Under the pieces are notes generated by a model. That model was not told where the DNA came from and searched no databases. It was given only the letters and a program-made list of their open reading frames with translations. Below are positions 25,457 through 37,181 of a DNA stretch of 64,000 bases, piece after piece (positions within the stretch are counted from its first letter, which is position 1; every line of letters starts with the position of its first letter). The DNA comes from Malacoraja senta (taxonomy: Eukaryota), in assembly GCA_038087875.1 (NCBI GenBank), contig CM076000.1:2294001-2358000 (forward strand), in the 5' to 3' direction. The position numbers and the translations under genes are program-made.

Positions 25457-26488
25457 TTGGTTCCTCTAGAATCCGCAGTGGTTCCCCAGAAAGGGGGTAA
25501 AGCCAAGCGTAAGTCGGATAGGCCCGTGGAATCCGATGAGTCGGGCTGGGAAGATTCACCTCCTGTGATGGATAGCGCCCTAGGGCGTATGTCTCGCATG
25601 GAGCGTTTGATGGAGCAGATGCTCCAACGTGACATGCTCCAGCGGATGGAGCTTTGTCAGCGTGGGTCTCCTCGGACACCCACGGCAGCACCTGGTACAG
25701 GGCTGCATAGTATCTCCCTCTCCTCGGAGGGGAGCATACGGAGTCAGTACTGGGCTGACTCTGAAGTCGGGGATTTGGCTGAAGGTACGTCTAATGTGCT
25801 GGGGGTGCATGAAGCTCAGAAATCATCGCCTTTGATCTCCAAATTCGCGATACCCTCGCTGACTGGGAAACCATTACAAGAACAGCTGGCGGCTAGTATT
25901 GACTACTTCATATCCTACCAGCTGCAGGAGCAAGTTATAATGGATACAGCTGCCAAGTACTTGGCACCTGCAAACTGTGCTTCCCTAAATGTTCCTGTGG
26001 TGAACAATTCAATTTGGGAACACATTGGTAGGGGCATCAGAGCCCAAGGTGTAAAAATCCAAAAGGTCCTCAAATTGCTGGCGTCGGGCATTACGGCGTT
26101 TGCCAGGTCTATAGATGGAACATCGCTATCGGATGAGCAGGAGGATGCCCTGGCACTGTTATGCAGTGCTCAGTACGAGATCAAATGCTTCAGGAAAAGT
26201 GCCATCCGACCTGCCCTGAACCCTAAATTTGCGGGGTTATGCAAGACCCAGCCGCCAAGTCTACTATTCGGGGAGAACCTGTCAAAACAGGTCAAGGACC
26301 TGGATGAGGAGGCAAAGGCTGTCAGGCTAATAAAGGCGCCGTCAACCGGCAAGACTTCCCAACTTCGGTGGCAGCACCCCTATGCATCCACCAGCAGGAA
26401 ACGATATCCGGAGGCTGGTGAAAGCTCGAAGGCCGTGTTTTCTGGACAAAGGTCTTTTTTAGGCCAAGGCCCAGAACGGCCTTCTTGA
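25457..26488 (+). CDS. DIRS ORF1 (gag-like), 343-aa open stretch; true start probably ATG 25339 with a disruption
   Basis: P.NC.SL.VP.VN..IW, IRPALNPKFAGLC and LLFGENLSKQVKDL motifs, shared with the second DIRS copy (ORF 50075-50428). Confidence 0.8.
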   Translation: MVPLESAVVPQKGGKAKRKSDRPVESDESGWEDSPPVMDSALGRMSRMERLMEQMLQRDMLQRMELCQRGSPRTPTAAPGTGLHSISLSSEGSIRSQYWADSEVGDLAEGTSNVLGVHEAQKSSPLISKFAIPSLTGKPLQEQLAASIDYFISYQLQEQVIMDTAAKYLAPANCASLNVPVVNNSIWEHIGRGIRAQGVKIQKVLKLLASGITAFARSIDGTSLSDEQEDALALLCSAQYEIKCFRKSAIRPALNPKFAGLCKTQPPSLLFGENLSKQVKDLDEEAKAVRLIKAPSTGKTSQLRWQHPYASTSRKRYPEAGESSKAVFSGQRSFLGQGPERPS

Positions 26489-26571
26489 AAAATGCGCCAA
26501 TCCCACATCCCAGCACCCCTACCCCCCAGGACTCGGGGACGGAAGAAGTAAATACAAACCCATTGGTAACC

Positions 26572-28509
26572 ATGGAGGTAGGTGGGTCTGGCTTCTTCCG
26601 GGACTTTAGGGGTGAAAACGATTCATAGTTTGGTGGTAGGTTACACTTGTTTTGGAGTGCATGGAGTTCAATAACGTCTGACCCTTTTATACGGCACAGT
26701 ATTCAAGGTTATAAAAATGGAGTTCCTTCACAATTCATTTCCACCCACACAGCATGCACCTAAACGGATGTTTGTGCTCTCACAGCAAGAAAGTTTAGAT
26801 GTGCATACAGAAATTTTGAGGTTACATTCGAAAGGGATAATTGAGAGATCCCGGCATGCCTCTCATGAATTTGTATCTAATATATTTACAAGGAAAAAAG
26901 AAAGATGGCGGTTGCCGCATCATCATTGATTTAACACAGCTTAATACTTTTGTGCAGTACAAACACTTTAAAATGGAAACATTTGTTACTGCCAAACACT
27001 TGATTTCCAAAGGATACTTTATGGCTTGCATCGATCTTAAGGATGCGTACTATTCAGTACCCATACACAAGGATCACCGAAGGTATTTGAAATTTAACTG
27101 GATGGGGCAACTGTGGCAGTTTAAGTCTTTGCCTAATGGGTTAACATCAGCCCCCAGATTGTTTACCAACATTTTTAAACCAGCACTTGCGCTTCTAAGG
27201 GTGCAGAAATATATTGTCATGGCATAACTGGATGATATCTTAATTATTGGGAAAACTCTGGAATCAGCTAAATTAGCGGTTGCAGCCACCAAACTCTTAT
27301 TTGAGAAATTGGGGTTTCTCATCCATCCAGATAAATCCAAATTGATACCTTCCACGGTTATGGATTATTTAGGATTTACTGTTAACTCTGTTCACATGTC
27401 TGTGACTCTGCCTGGGGGCAAGGCCACAGAATTCGTAGAGGCCTGTCACAGCCTTATTGTCATTAAGCAACCCTCAATTCGACAAGTAGCTAGGGTGATT
27501 GGCAAGCTAGTGGCGGTATTTCCAGCCACACAGTTTGGACCTTTTGCATTATCAAAATTTACAGAGGGCAAAGGTACAAGCACTCAAAATTCATGCTGGT
27601 CACTTTGACAGACCTATGCGGTTACCAGCCAATGCTATTTCTGAATTGCAATGGTGGATATTAAACATTCGGCATTGTTCTAATACCATTGTAGTCAGTA
27701 GTCCTTCAGTTGTTTTACAGACTGATGCTAGCGCTCTGGGTTGGGGTGCTACTGATACCGTCTCTAGTTGTGGTGGCAGATGGGACATGCATGAATCTTC
27801 TTTGCTTCAATCACATGGTATTAATTATTTAGAATTGTTGGGTGCATTCTATGGCCTAAGAGCCTACTGCACATACATGCGTCATCTGCATGTCCGACTT
27901 CAGGTTGACAACACCACTGCGGTGGCTTATATCAATCACATGGGTGGAATTAAGTCGATACACTGTGATTATTTGGCTAACCTTATTTGGCACTGGTGCA
28001 TCAAGAGAAATATTTGGGTATCAGCTATTTACCTTCCAGGTAAGCTTAATACAGTGGCAGACACCAGGTCACGACTATTTAATGACAACACTGAATGGAT
28101 GTTGGACCACAAAGTGTTTACCGACATTGTAGCTCGGTATGGAACACCGGATATCGACCTGTTCGCATCCAGGCTCAATCACCAGTTGCCAACATATGTT
28201 GTTTGGGAGCCAGACCCTGGGGCAGTGGTGATGGATGCATTCTCGCTGCATTGGGGAGGACTGTTTTTCTATGCATTTCGTCCCTTCTGCATCATCAGTC
28301 GGGTCTTACAAAAAATCCAACAAGACTCCGCGTCGGGTATTTTGGTAGTACCCGACTGGCCTACTCAGCCATGGTTCCCTGTGGTTCTGGGTATGGTATC
28401 AGAACCTTGTATGGCCATTCCCAAAAATCGTAGTTTATTGGTTCATCCTGTGACAGGTGAGAGTCACCCGTGCCATGACCGGTTAAATTTGTTAATTTGC
28501 AGAGTCTGA
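26572..28509 (+). pseudogene. DIRS pol: reverse transcriptase, RNase H and Dam-like methyltransferase domains, disrupted
   Basis: KKDGGCRIIIDL, HFKME, IDLKDAYYSVPI, LPNGLTSAPRLFT. YLDD is broken by TAA at 27225-27227. RNase H: TDAS..GWG, INYLELLG, DNTTAVAYIN, N.VAD..SR. MT: IDLFAS, DAF...W, YAFRPF, WPTQPWF. Several frameshifts. Confidence 0.92.
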
Positions 28510-30391
28510 GGAGACCTTTCTTGGGGCTCGGACTGGCGGATCGAACATTGGATATGATCATTGCAGCATGGAGAGATTCCACCAAAAAACAATATATCTC
28601 CTATATTAGAAAATGGGAGACGTTCTGTGCACGAACTGACATCACGTATAACTCGGCTCGTGACTGATGTATTAGAATTCTTGTCCAGTCTTTACTTTGA
28701 TGAAGGTCTGTCCTACAGTGCCATTAACTGTGCCAGAAGTGCACTGTCGTCCTACTTATGGCGAGGGTCGAGACACCACGCTATCGGGTCTCACCCTCTA
28801 GTGTCGAGACTATTGAAGGGTATTTTTAATACCAATCCCCCCAGGCCTAGGTAGTCCCACATTTGGGATGTTAGCACTGTCCTGACGCTGCTTAGGAGAT
28901 GGGCTCCAGCTACGTCCCTGTCTCTGACCAAGCTAACTTATAAAGTGGTTATGCTGATGGCACTGATCTTGGCTCAACGAGTCCAGTCGCTGCATAAATT
29001 GCGCTGGACACTATGACTATAATTGCCAATAAAATAACATTCTACATTTTTGAATTAATTAAACAGGAAAGACCAGCCTATCCCATGGACTGTCGTTTAC
29101 GCATAGTCACCCAAGGGGAGACGAGGCAGCCTATAGAGAGGAAGTCCTGAAGTTGACAGCCTGGTGCTCAGAAAACAACTTGGCTCTGAACACCAAGAAA
29201 ACAAAAGAGCTCATTGTCGACTTCATGAGGCACAGCACTGACTTAGCCCCCCTATACATCAACGGCGAGTGTGTGGAGAGGGTCTACACCTTCCGGTTTC
29301 TCGGCGTCCTCATCTCCGCTGACATCTCCTGGACAGACAACATCAAGAAGGCTCAGCAGCGGCTGCACTTCCTGAGGGTCCTCAGGAAGTACAACCTGGA
29401 CTCCAACCTGCTGCTGACCTTCTACCGCTCGTCCATTGAGAGCCTGCTGACATACTGCATTACAGCATGGTACGGTAGCTGCACCATGGCAGACAGGGAG
29501 AGGCTTCAGAGGGTAGTTAGGGCAGCACAGAAGATCATTGGCTGCCCTCTCCCCTCCCTGATGGACATTTACACCTCCTGCTGCCTCAGCAGCGCGAAGA
29601 ACATCATCAAGGACAGCTCCCATCCTGCGTTTGGCCTGTTCGACCTGCTGCCCTCAGGGAGGCGCTATAGGTGCATCAGAACAAGGACAAATAGACTCAA
29701 GAACAGTTGATTTCCAAAAGCCATAACCTCTCTGAACTCACACATGCACTGACTTCACAGCTTAACCCCCGGACTTCCATCTATCCACCTACTGTAATTT
29801 GTACTGTAACTGTAGTTTTTAATATGTGCAATAACCCATACTGTATATAGGAATCCTATTTATTCACTCTATTTACCCATTGTCTTTTTATAGATATGTA
29901 TATAGCGCCGCAGAACTGTGCACCTTATCCCCCCCCCCCCCCCCTTTTGTTTTGCTTTTTTGTTTTTTGAACTAATTACATGTCTGCACTGAGTACGAGC
30001 TGCTTTTAATCTCATTGTACATGTGTATAGTGACAATAAAATGGCATTCATTCATTCATTCATTCATTTACTTCAATATGTCAGGGTCACAAAAAAAAAC
30101 CTTAGCGACTCTGAAATGGCTTTATTTGTCAGTCATAAAAAACCTAACAAAAGGGTGTCTGTGCAGACCATCTCTAGGTGGCTAAGACAGATTTTGGCTT
30201 TGGCAGGTGTGGATACTGATGTTTTTAAATCTCATTCCACCAGGGCTGCATCGACTTCCGCAGCAAAACGGTTGGAAGTTCCTATCGACCACATCCTTGC
30301 GACGGCAGGATGGTCTACAGAAACATTTTATAAAAAACCCATTGCCAGGACAGGGTTGTTTGCGGAGTCGATTTTAAACTCTGTATTATAA
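28500..30391 (+). pseudogene. DIRS tyrosine recombinase, disrupted and split by a LINE insertion
   Basis: GLSYSAINCARSALS, HPLVSRLLKGIFN.NPPRP, AQRVQSL, TISRWL, HSTRAASTS, AGWS..FY. Confidence 0.9.
29112..30064 (+). mobile_element. 5'-truncated Rex1/Babar-like LINE inserted in the DIRS YR gene
   Basis: 185-aa open RT C-terminus (WCSENNLALNTKKTKELIVDF...KAQQRLHFLRVL...FYRSSIESLLTYCITAWYG...LLPSGRRYR). 3' UTR ends tgacaataaa followed by (attc)n. The YR reading resumes at catttactt (30065). Confidence 0.88.
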
Positions 30392-31259
30392 TTTGCCCCG
30401 AGTGTAAGAGGTCATTATTATTTATTTGTTAATAAAGCATCAGCATGTTCAAATAACCATGTCATGTCTGAATGCATTCTACAGTTACTCCTCCTTGGTC
30501 AGTTATTACAGTGTGTGACGCATGGACTCGTTCCACGGCATGAAATCACAGAGCTTTGAAATCTTCACGTAGTCACTCACGTGACTCTGAAGTAAAATAG
30601 TAAGATTAAATGAGAACTTACCAGTTTGAAGTTTGATCTTTATTTTATGAAGAGTTACGTTGAGGGATTACGTGCCCTCCACTCCCAACCCCCTATCATA
30701 AAGGTCAGCTGGTATGTTAGTTCTCTAATCTTACTATATTCAGTTCACCAACTGTCATCTGTGATTGCACACGCGCATGCGTGCTGGTAGGTTCTTCATG
30801 TAATCCCTCAACGTAACTCCTCATAAAATAAAGATCAAACTTCAAACTGGTAAGCTTGTTTAATCTTACTATTAAATGCTGTTGTTACTTCTGCACATAA
30901 AATAGAATAAAAATACTGGACTCTGCAGTTTTGATTCAAGGTTTGATTCAAGGTTGCAGTTGAGTGTTTAAGAGTCAAACAGGCAAAGTGAACATTCAGT
31001 ACAGAAATGCATAAACTTGATTTAAATTGAAAAAAGTACTAAACGTTGCCACAATTCAGTTTCCACACAAAGATCCTGATTATAAAGATATTTCTATATG
31101 TTTCATTTTTTTAAAATCTCAAGTATCATGCTCTTCCACTAATGGTTACGTGAGGGGATGTGTATATGGATGCTGTTCAGCATTAAAGTAATCAGTAAAG
31201 TTAAGTCTGAAGAAGGGTTCCCACCCAAAACATTACCTATTCTTTTTCTCGTCCTACAG

Positions 31260-32240
31260 CAAAGTGGCGCAGTGGTAGAGTTGCTGCTTTACTGCGCCAG
31301 AGACCCGGGTTTGATCCTGATTACGGGTGCTGTCTGTATGGAGTTTGTACGTTTTACCTGTGACCGCGTAGGTTTTCTCCGGGTGCTCCAGTTCAAGTTC
31401 AAGTTCACATTTATTGTCACATGCACCAATTGGTACAATGAAATTTGAGTTCCCATACAGCCATACGAATAAAAAGAAAACAATACACAATAGAATTTAA
31501 CATAAACATCCACCACATGGGAATCAACATTTCTTACAGTGATGGAAGGCAATAAAGTTCAGTCAATCTTCCTCCTTTTGTTCACCCATGGTCGGGGCCT
31601 AGAACCCTCCACAGTCGCCGCTACGGACGGCCCGATGTACAGGCCCTCTCGCCGGGATGATCGGAACTCCGACGTCGGGACAGATCGGAACACACTCAGC
31701 GGTTTAGAGTTCCCGAATTGGCCGCTTCTTACCGGATACTGCGGCTTCCAAAGTCCAAGGCCGTGCTGGACGGAGCTCCAACATTGGCGATCCTCAGCAA
31801 AAGATCCCAGGCTCCGCGATATTAAAGTCAGCGCCACGTCCAAGGCTAGAAGCTCTGCAGACCATAGCTCCACGATGTTAAAGTCAGCAGGCCCCGCGAT
31901 CGGAGCTCCAACACTGGCAATCCTCGACAAGGATCCCAGGCTCGGCGATGGTAATTCCGCGCTACGCCTGCTGCCGAAGCTCTGGGCAGGCCATGAGGGG
32001 GGCAAAGATGTGACAAAGAAACGGTTTCCCCCTATTCATCCCACCACTCCCCATGTAAGACATACTGAGGAACATTAAAACATACAATTAGAAGCACTAA
32101 AAATAACAAAAAAGGCGAAAGGACTGACGAGCTGCTGGTGAGGCAGCCACTGCGGTGGCGCCACTCGAATCCTTCCACATTCCAAAGACGTACAGGTTTG
32201 TAGGTTAATTGGCATTGGTAAAATTGTAAATTGTCCCTAC
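31260..32240 (+). mobile_element. V-SINE split by a GC-rich non-autonomous retroelement (31391-32166, minus strand)
   Basis: The SINE stops at gggtgctcca and resumes at ccttccacattccaaagacg. The insert has a (gttcaa)n/ttattgtcac tail and internal ctccRcgatRttaaagtc repeats. Confidence 0.75.
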
Positions 32241-32247
32241 GTGATCT

Positions 32248-32762
32248 CCCAGTTGCCAAACGTTTTTACCCTTCCCATTCCCACACTGACCATTCTGTCC
32301 TGGGCCTCCTCCAGGTCTGAGTGAGGCCAAATGCAAATTGGAGGAGCAGCTCCTCATAACAGCACCTCAGCAGCTTACAACCCAGCGATATGAATATTGA
32401 TTTCTCTAACTTCAAGTAACCCTTGCATCCCCCTCTCTCCATCCCTCTCCCACCTTAATTGTCGTACTCGTTTCACTGTCGTCCTGCTAAGTTTTAGTTT
32501 GGATTACTCACTATCACCTGCCCCACAGCCAACAATGGACCATTGTGGGCTCCACCTTTCCTTAATCATCGTTGCTGGCTTTGATCTGTCTTTTTGCATA
32601 TCTTCCATTAATTTGTTCTATGTACTTTTTCATATCTCTCGGTTCCATCTCCCCTGCCTCTCAGTCAGAAGAAGGGTCTCGAGCCGAAACGTCACCTATT
32701 CCTTTTCTCCAGGGATGCTCTCCGACCCGCTGAGTTACTCCAGCTTTTTGTGTCTATCTTCG
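32248..32762 (+). mobile_element. Penelope-like element 3' fragment (GIY-YIG C-terminus and terminal repeat)
   Basis: Homologous to 43977-44177 (ccattcccacactgac...aaattggaggagcag...gcttacaacccagcg.tatgaatattga). Ends in the gaagaagggtctcga.ccgaaacgtc repeat. Confidence 0.75.
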
Positions 32763-33254
32763 AACTAAACTCAACTATTGGATTAAAGTGCAGAGTGTCA
32801 AAGGATTTGCAAACCACATATTTTACAGTGGCCTAAAAAGCTGCTTTCAGATTTTCTGGACAGGGCAGAAAGGTTTAAAGAAAAGAGAGGAACAAAGTTC
32901 AGAGCCGGTTTGGCTTCTGAACATGAGTATCCCCACATACCGTGCATTCCATTTCAAAAAGCAACATGCCAGAGTGGAATGTGTACATTAGTAATAGTGC
33001 CATCATGGCACGCCGTGCACTTCTCTTCTGTTTCACATGCAGTGTGTCTGCTCAGTAAATCTAATGTCACAGTAATCAGACACTGAGCAAATGAACAGCA
33101 TCTGAAACAGGTGCAGATTAAGATTAAATTTTAACTAAAAGACCTTAAAAAACCATCAGTTTGGGAATTTTTGAAATTTTCAGGCACATGATAGTCCATC
33201 TGTCTTAGTTTTCCCATTTTGACAAGTGGTACGTTTTTGTACATATTCAAGTTA

Positions 33255-34170
33255 TTTAGAGTCATGGAGTCATACAGCGTGCAAACTGACTCATTGGCCC
33301 AGCTAGCCCAGGCCGACCAACATGCCCTATTTACACTAGTCCCACCTGCCTGCATTTGGCCCATATCCCTCTAAACCTATCCTATCCATGTACCTGTAAA
33401 TGTTTCTAAAACGTTGCAATACTGCTTGCCTCAACTACCTCCTCTGGCTGCCGTAAACCCACTAGCCTTTATGTAAAAAAGTTACCCATCACATTTCTGT
33501 TAAATCTTTCCCCCCTTACCTTAAACCTATGTTCTCTAGTTCTCGATTCCCCAACTCTGGGCAACAAGAGATTCTGTGCGTCTACCTGATGTATTCCTCT
33601 CATGATTTTGTACACCTCTGTAAGAAAGACTGGATAGACTCGGTTTGTACTCGCTAGAATTTAGAAGATTGAGGGGGGATCTTATAGAAACGTACAAAAT
33701 TCTTAAGGGGTTGGACAGGCTAGATGCAGGAAGATTGTTCCCGATGTTGGGGAAGTCCAGAACAAGGGGTCACAGTTTAAGGATAAAGGGGAAATCTTTT
33801 AGGACCGAGATGAGGAAAACATTTTTCACACAGAGAGTGGTGAATCTCTGGAATTCTCTGCCACAGAAGGTAGTTGAGGCCAGTTCATTGGCTATATTTA
33901 AGAGGGAGTTAGATGTGGCCCTTGTGGCTAAAGGGATCAGGGGGTATGGAGAGAAAGCAGGTACAGGATACTGAGTTGGATGATCAGCCATGATCATATT
34001 GAATGGCGGTGCAGGCTCGAAGGGCCGAATGGCCCACTCCTGCACCTATTTTCTATGTTTCTATGTTTCTATCACCCCTCATCCTGCTATGCTCCAAGGA
34101 ATAAAGTCCTAGCCTGCTTAACCTCTCACTATAGCTCAGGCCCTCGAGTCCTGGCAACATCCTCATAACA
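33255..34170 (-). mobile_element. Old CR1 fragment (minus) containing a young CR1 3' end (33626-34070, plus)
   Basis: Uninterrupted 109-aa ORF YSLEFRRLRGDLIETYKILKG...GYGEKAGTGY* with a (ctatgttt)n tail. The host CR1 continues on both sides (cacctctgtaag | atcacccctc). Confidence 0.88.
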
Positions 34171-34335
34171 TCCTGGCAACATCCTCTCAGTTTTTTCTCT
34201 TTATGAAATACTTTCCAACTCGGTTCGCAGGTATTTTTTCTCAGGAAATAGTTACGTGAATTGTGTATGGAAACAGTCCACAGAAAGTAGTGTCTTTCAT
34301 GTCTGATATATTTGGTCTCCGCTCCATGAGTCTTT

Positions 34336-34625
34336 AGAATTTAGACTTTAGAGATGCAGCACGGAAACAGGCCCTTCGGCCCACCGGGTCTGTGCCGAGC
34401 AGCAATAACCCTGAACACTAGCACTATCTTACATGCTGGGAACAACTTATAATTTTATTGATTAACCTACAAACCTGTACGTCTTTGGAGTGTGGGAGAA
34501 AACCGGAGAAAGTTCACCCAGTCACAGAGAGAATGTATAAACTCCGTACAGACAGCACCTCTTGTCAGGATCGAACCCGGGTCTGTGGCGCTGTGAGGCA
34601 CCAACTCTACCACTGCACCACTACG
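34336..34625 (-). mobile_element. HE1-like V-SINE
   Basis: Reverse complement of the SINE consensus. Confidence 0.8.
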
Positions 34626-34862
34626 CTGTCCTACAGCAAATATCTGAAATTGGCAAACCTCGGCAATTATGGAGATGGGGAGCATGAGCATTAGGCTTCA
34701 GCTCAAACACACTCTTATCACTAAAACAGTGTGTACTTTAGTCAAACATACACATTACTATACTCTACAATGTAATCAGCAGTCTTAAAAAGGGTCCCAT
34801 CCCAAAATGTCACCTCTCCATGTTCTCCAGGGATGCTGCTGCTCAAACCCGCTGAGTTACTC

Positions 34863-35674
34863 AGGGGGCGCCGTTGTATGGCAGCCTTGCCTGCAGCTGT
34901 TCGTCCTTTCATTCTTTATTTTATTTTTTAGTCTGTCAAAAAGTTTTTTTTTGGAGGCCTTTTAGTCTTTTTATGTGGGGGATGGGGGGGAAACTGTTTT
35001 TCTCAATCACTACCTGGTCGAGGATGCGTCTGTCCTCCAAGCCGCATCTTCACCCCCTCCTCGCGGCCTACCATCTGGATTGGCGCGGCCTTTCCTACCT
35101 GAGACCGGCCAGAGCTTCAGCTTCAGCGGCGGTGCAGCACTGAAGTACCATCGAGGAGCGGGCGATGCCTTACTGAGGTTGCCGTGTTGGAGCGCTGGGA
35201 CTGCCGACTCTAACATCGTGGAGCTGTGGTCTGCGGAGCTTCCAGCCGCGGGCGGCGCTGACTTTACCATCACGGAGCCTGGGATCTTTCGCGAGGATTG
35301 CCGTGTGGAGCTCCGCCCAGCTCGGCCTGTGGACTTCGGGAGCCGTAGGGAACGGCCGATTCGGAACTCCAAGCTGCTGAGAGTGTTCTTCCGACGCTGG
35401 AGTTCCATCATCCAGCGAGAGGGCCTGAAACATTGGGCCACCTTTGCGGCGACTGCGGAGGCCTCAATAGCCCCGACCACGGTGAACAAAGAGGAAGGTG
35501 ACTGAACTTTTATTGCCTTCCCTCACAATGGGAAACGTTGATTCCGTTGTGTGGGGATGTTCATGTTATATTCTATCGTGTGATGTGTTCTTTTTATTTG
35601 TATGGCTGTATGGCAACCCAAATCTCACTGTGCCAATTGGTACATGTGACAATAAATGTAACTTGAACTTGAAC
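34863..35674 (+). mobile_element. GC-rich non-autonomous retroelement inserted in a Penelope repeat
   Basis: TTACTC duplication at 34857-34862 and 35675-35680. 3' tgacaataaa + (cttgaa)n tail. Homologous to 31391-32166 and 1213-1565. Confidence 0.75.
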
Positions 35675-36771
35675 TTACTCCAGCACTTTATCTCTTTTTT
35701 TGCAAACCAGCATCTGCAATCCCTTGTGTCATCATATGTATTTTTCTTTCTTTTCTTCTGTACAAAGTTTCAATACCTCAAACAGTATTTTTAAAGTGGA
35801 GATTGATAGGTTCTTCATTAGTAAGGGTGTCAAAGGTTATGGGGAGAAGGCAGGAGAATGGGGATGAGAAGGGAAAATAAATCAGCCATGATTGAATGGC
35901 AGAGCAGACTCTATGGGCCGAATGGCCTAATTCTGCTTCTGTCTTATGATCTTATTGTAATAAAAATGATTCTGGTTTGAAGAGACCCGACTAGAAACAT
36001 CAACTATCCATGTTCTCCAGAGATGCTGCCTGATCCATTGAGATACTCCAGCACTTTGTGTCTATTTTATGACCTTTTCAGTTCAGAATTTCATATTTTA
36101 CCAAACATATACTAATCCCTTATCAGTAATATCAAAGCATGCCTTCCATAGATTTTCCTGTGATATTCTTAACAATTTGCCTCTCTTTTACTGAAACCTT
36201 AGAGCAAGCTGCTTGATACAAGAAGCTCATTCCTGACATACTTTTCATGAAATAATGTCGTTTGTCATCAACGGTAGATAAAGGGGGAACAACGAGATAA
36301 AAAGCCCTTGGTTTATAAAGATAAGGTGTGTGTGGTATTGCTGCAGTGTCTGGTTCAATAGATTGTTATTCCCTGACAGAACTCAGCTGTCCGATCCAGC
36401 ATCAGCACTGAATCTATAAAATGAATCCCTGTGAGGAGATTTAAACAGAGATTACAATCGCGCCATTTAAGATGAAAGAAAACTGGAGGAAATACTTTGC
36501 TAATAAGCTGAATGATCGGTAAAATGAAAAGTGCAAAAAAAGTTGTGATCGTTGAATTTATGTCGTTTTTACACAATATAGAGATGGTGATTGCCTTCTT
36601 CTTGCAAGTTCTTTGGAATTTCTCCTGGCTAACACACAATACTTTCAGCATTTAAAAGTCATTTGGACAGGTACATGGATAGGAACCATGTGGGTTTCTC
36701 ATTTTATACATTTAATGTAGAGATGGTGTTTGTGGTTTTTTTTGCAATATCTTTGGGATTATACCTGGCTA

Positions 36772-37056
36772 TCCGCTTGGGCAGTCTGCACCCCAGCGGC
36801 TTGAACAGTGACTTCTCCAATTTCTGGTAGCCCTTGCTGTCTCCTCCCCTTCTCAGCTCTCCCTCAGCCCTCTGGCTCCTCCTCTTCCTTTCTTCTTCTC
36901 GCCCCCCCCCCCCACCCTGCATCAGTCTGAAGAAGGGTTTCGGCCCGAAACGTTGCCTATTTCCTTCGCTCCATAGATGCTGCCGCACCCGCTGAGTTTC
37001 TCCAGCAATTTTGTCTGCCTTCGATTTTCCAGCATCTGCAGTTCCTTCTTGAACAT
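36772..37056 (+). mobile_element. Penelope-like 3' end / terminal repeat, young copy
   Basis: RLGSLHPSG.N coding end followed by ctgaagaagggtttcggcccgaaacgttgcc...ccagcatctgcagttcc. Near-identical to 17860-18040. Confidence 0.78.
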
Positions 37057-37181
37057 ACATGGCTATCACATTGTTTCAACATTTAAATGACATTTGGACA
37101 GGTATATGGAAAGGAAATTATACACTTAATTTAGAGATGATGATTGCCTTTTTTTTCAAAATAAAAATTAACTCAAGTTTT

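Larger units (their letters stand above)
25129..30873 (+). mobile_element. DIRS1-type tyrosine-recombinase retrotransposon, near full length, defective
   Basis: Left terminus TTTTACTT..GAGTCACGTGAGTGAC. ICR 30562-30672 is complementary to both termini. Right ITR 30769-30802 is complementary to 25155-25186. Internal gag, RT/RNaseH/MT and YR regions. No TSD. Confidence 0.95.

Noticed and set aside
31539..32078. Long overlapping ORFs here and at 34975-35505, 38938-39537 and 45754-46248
   Set aside because: They lie within GC-rich interspersed repeats, and homologous copies do not keep a common reading frame.
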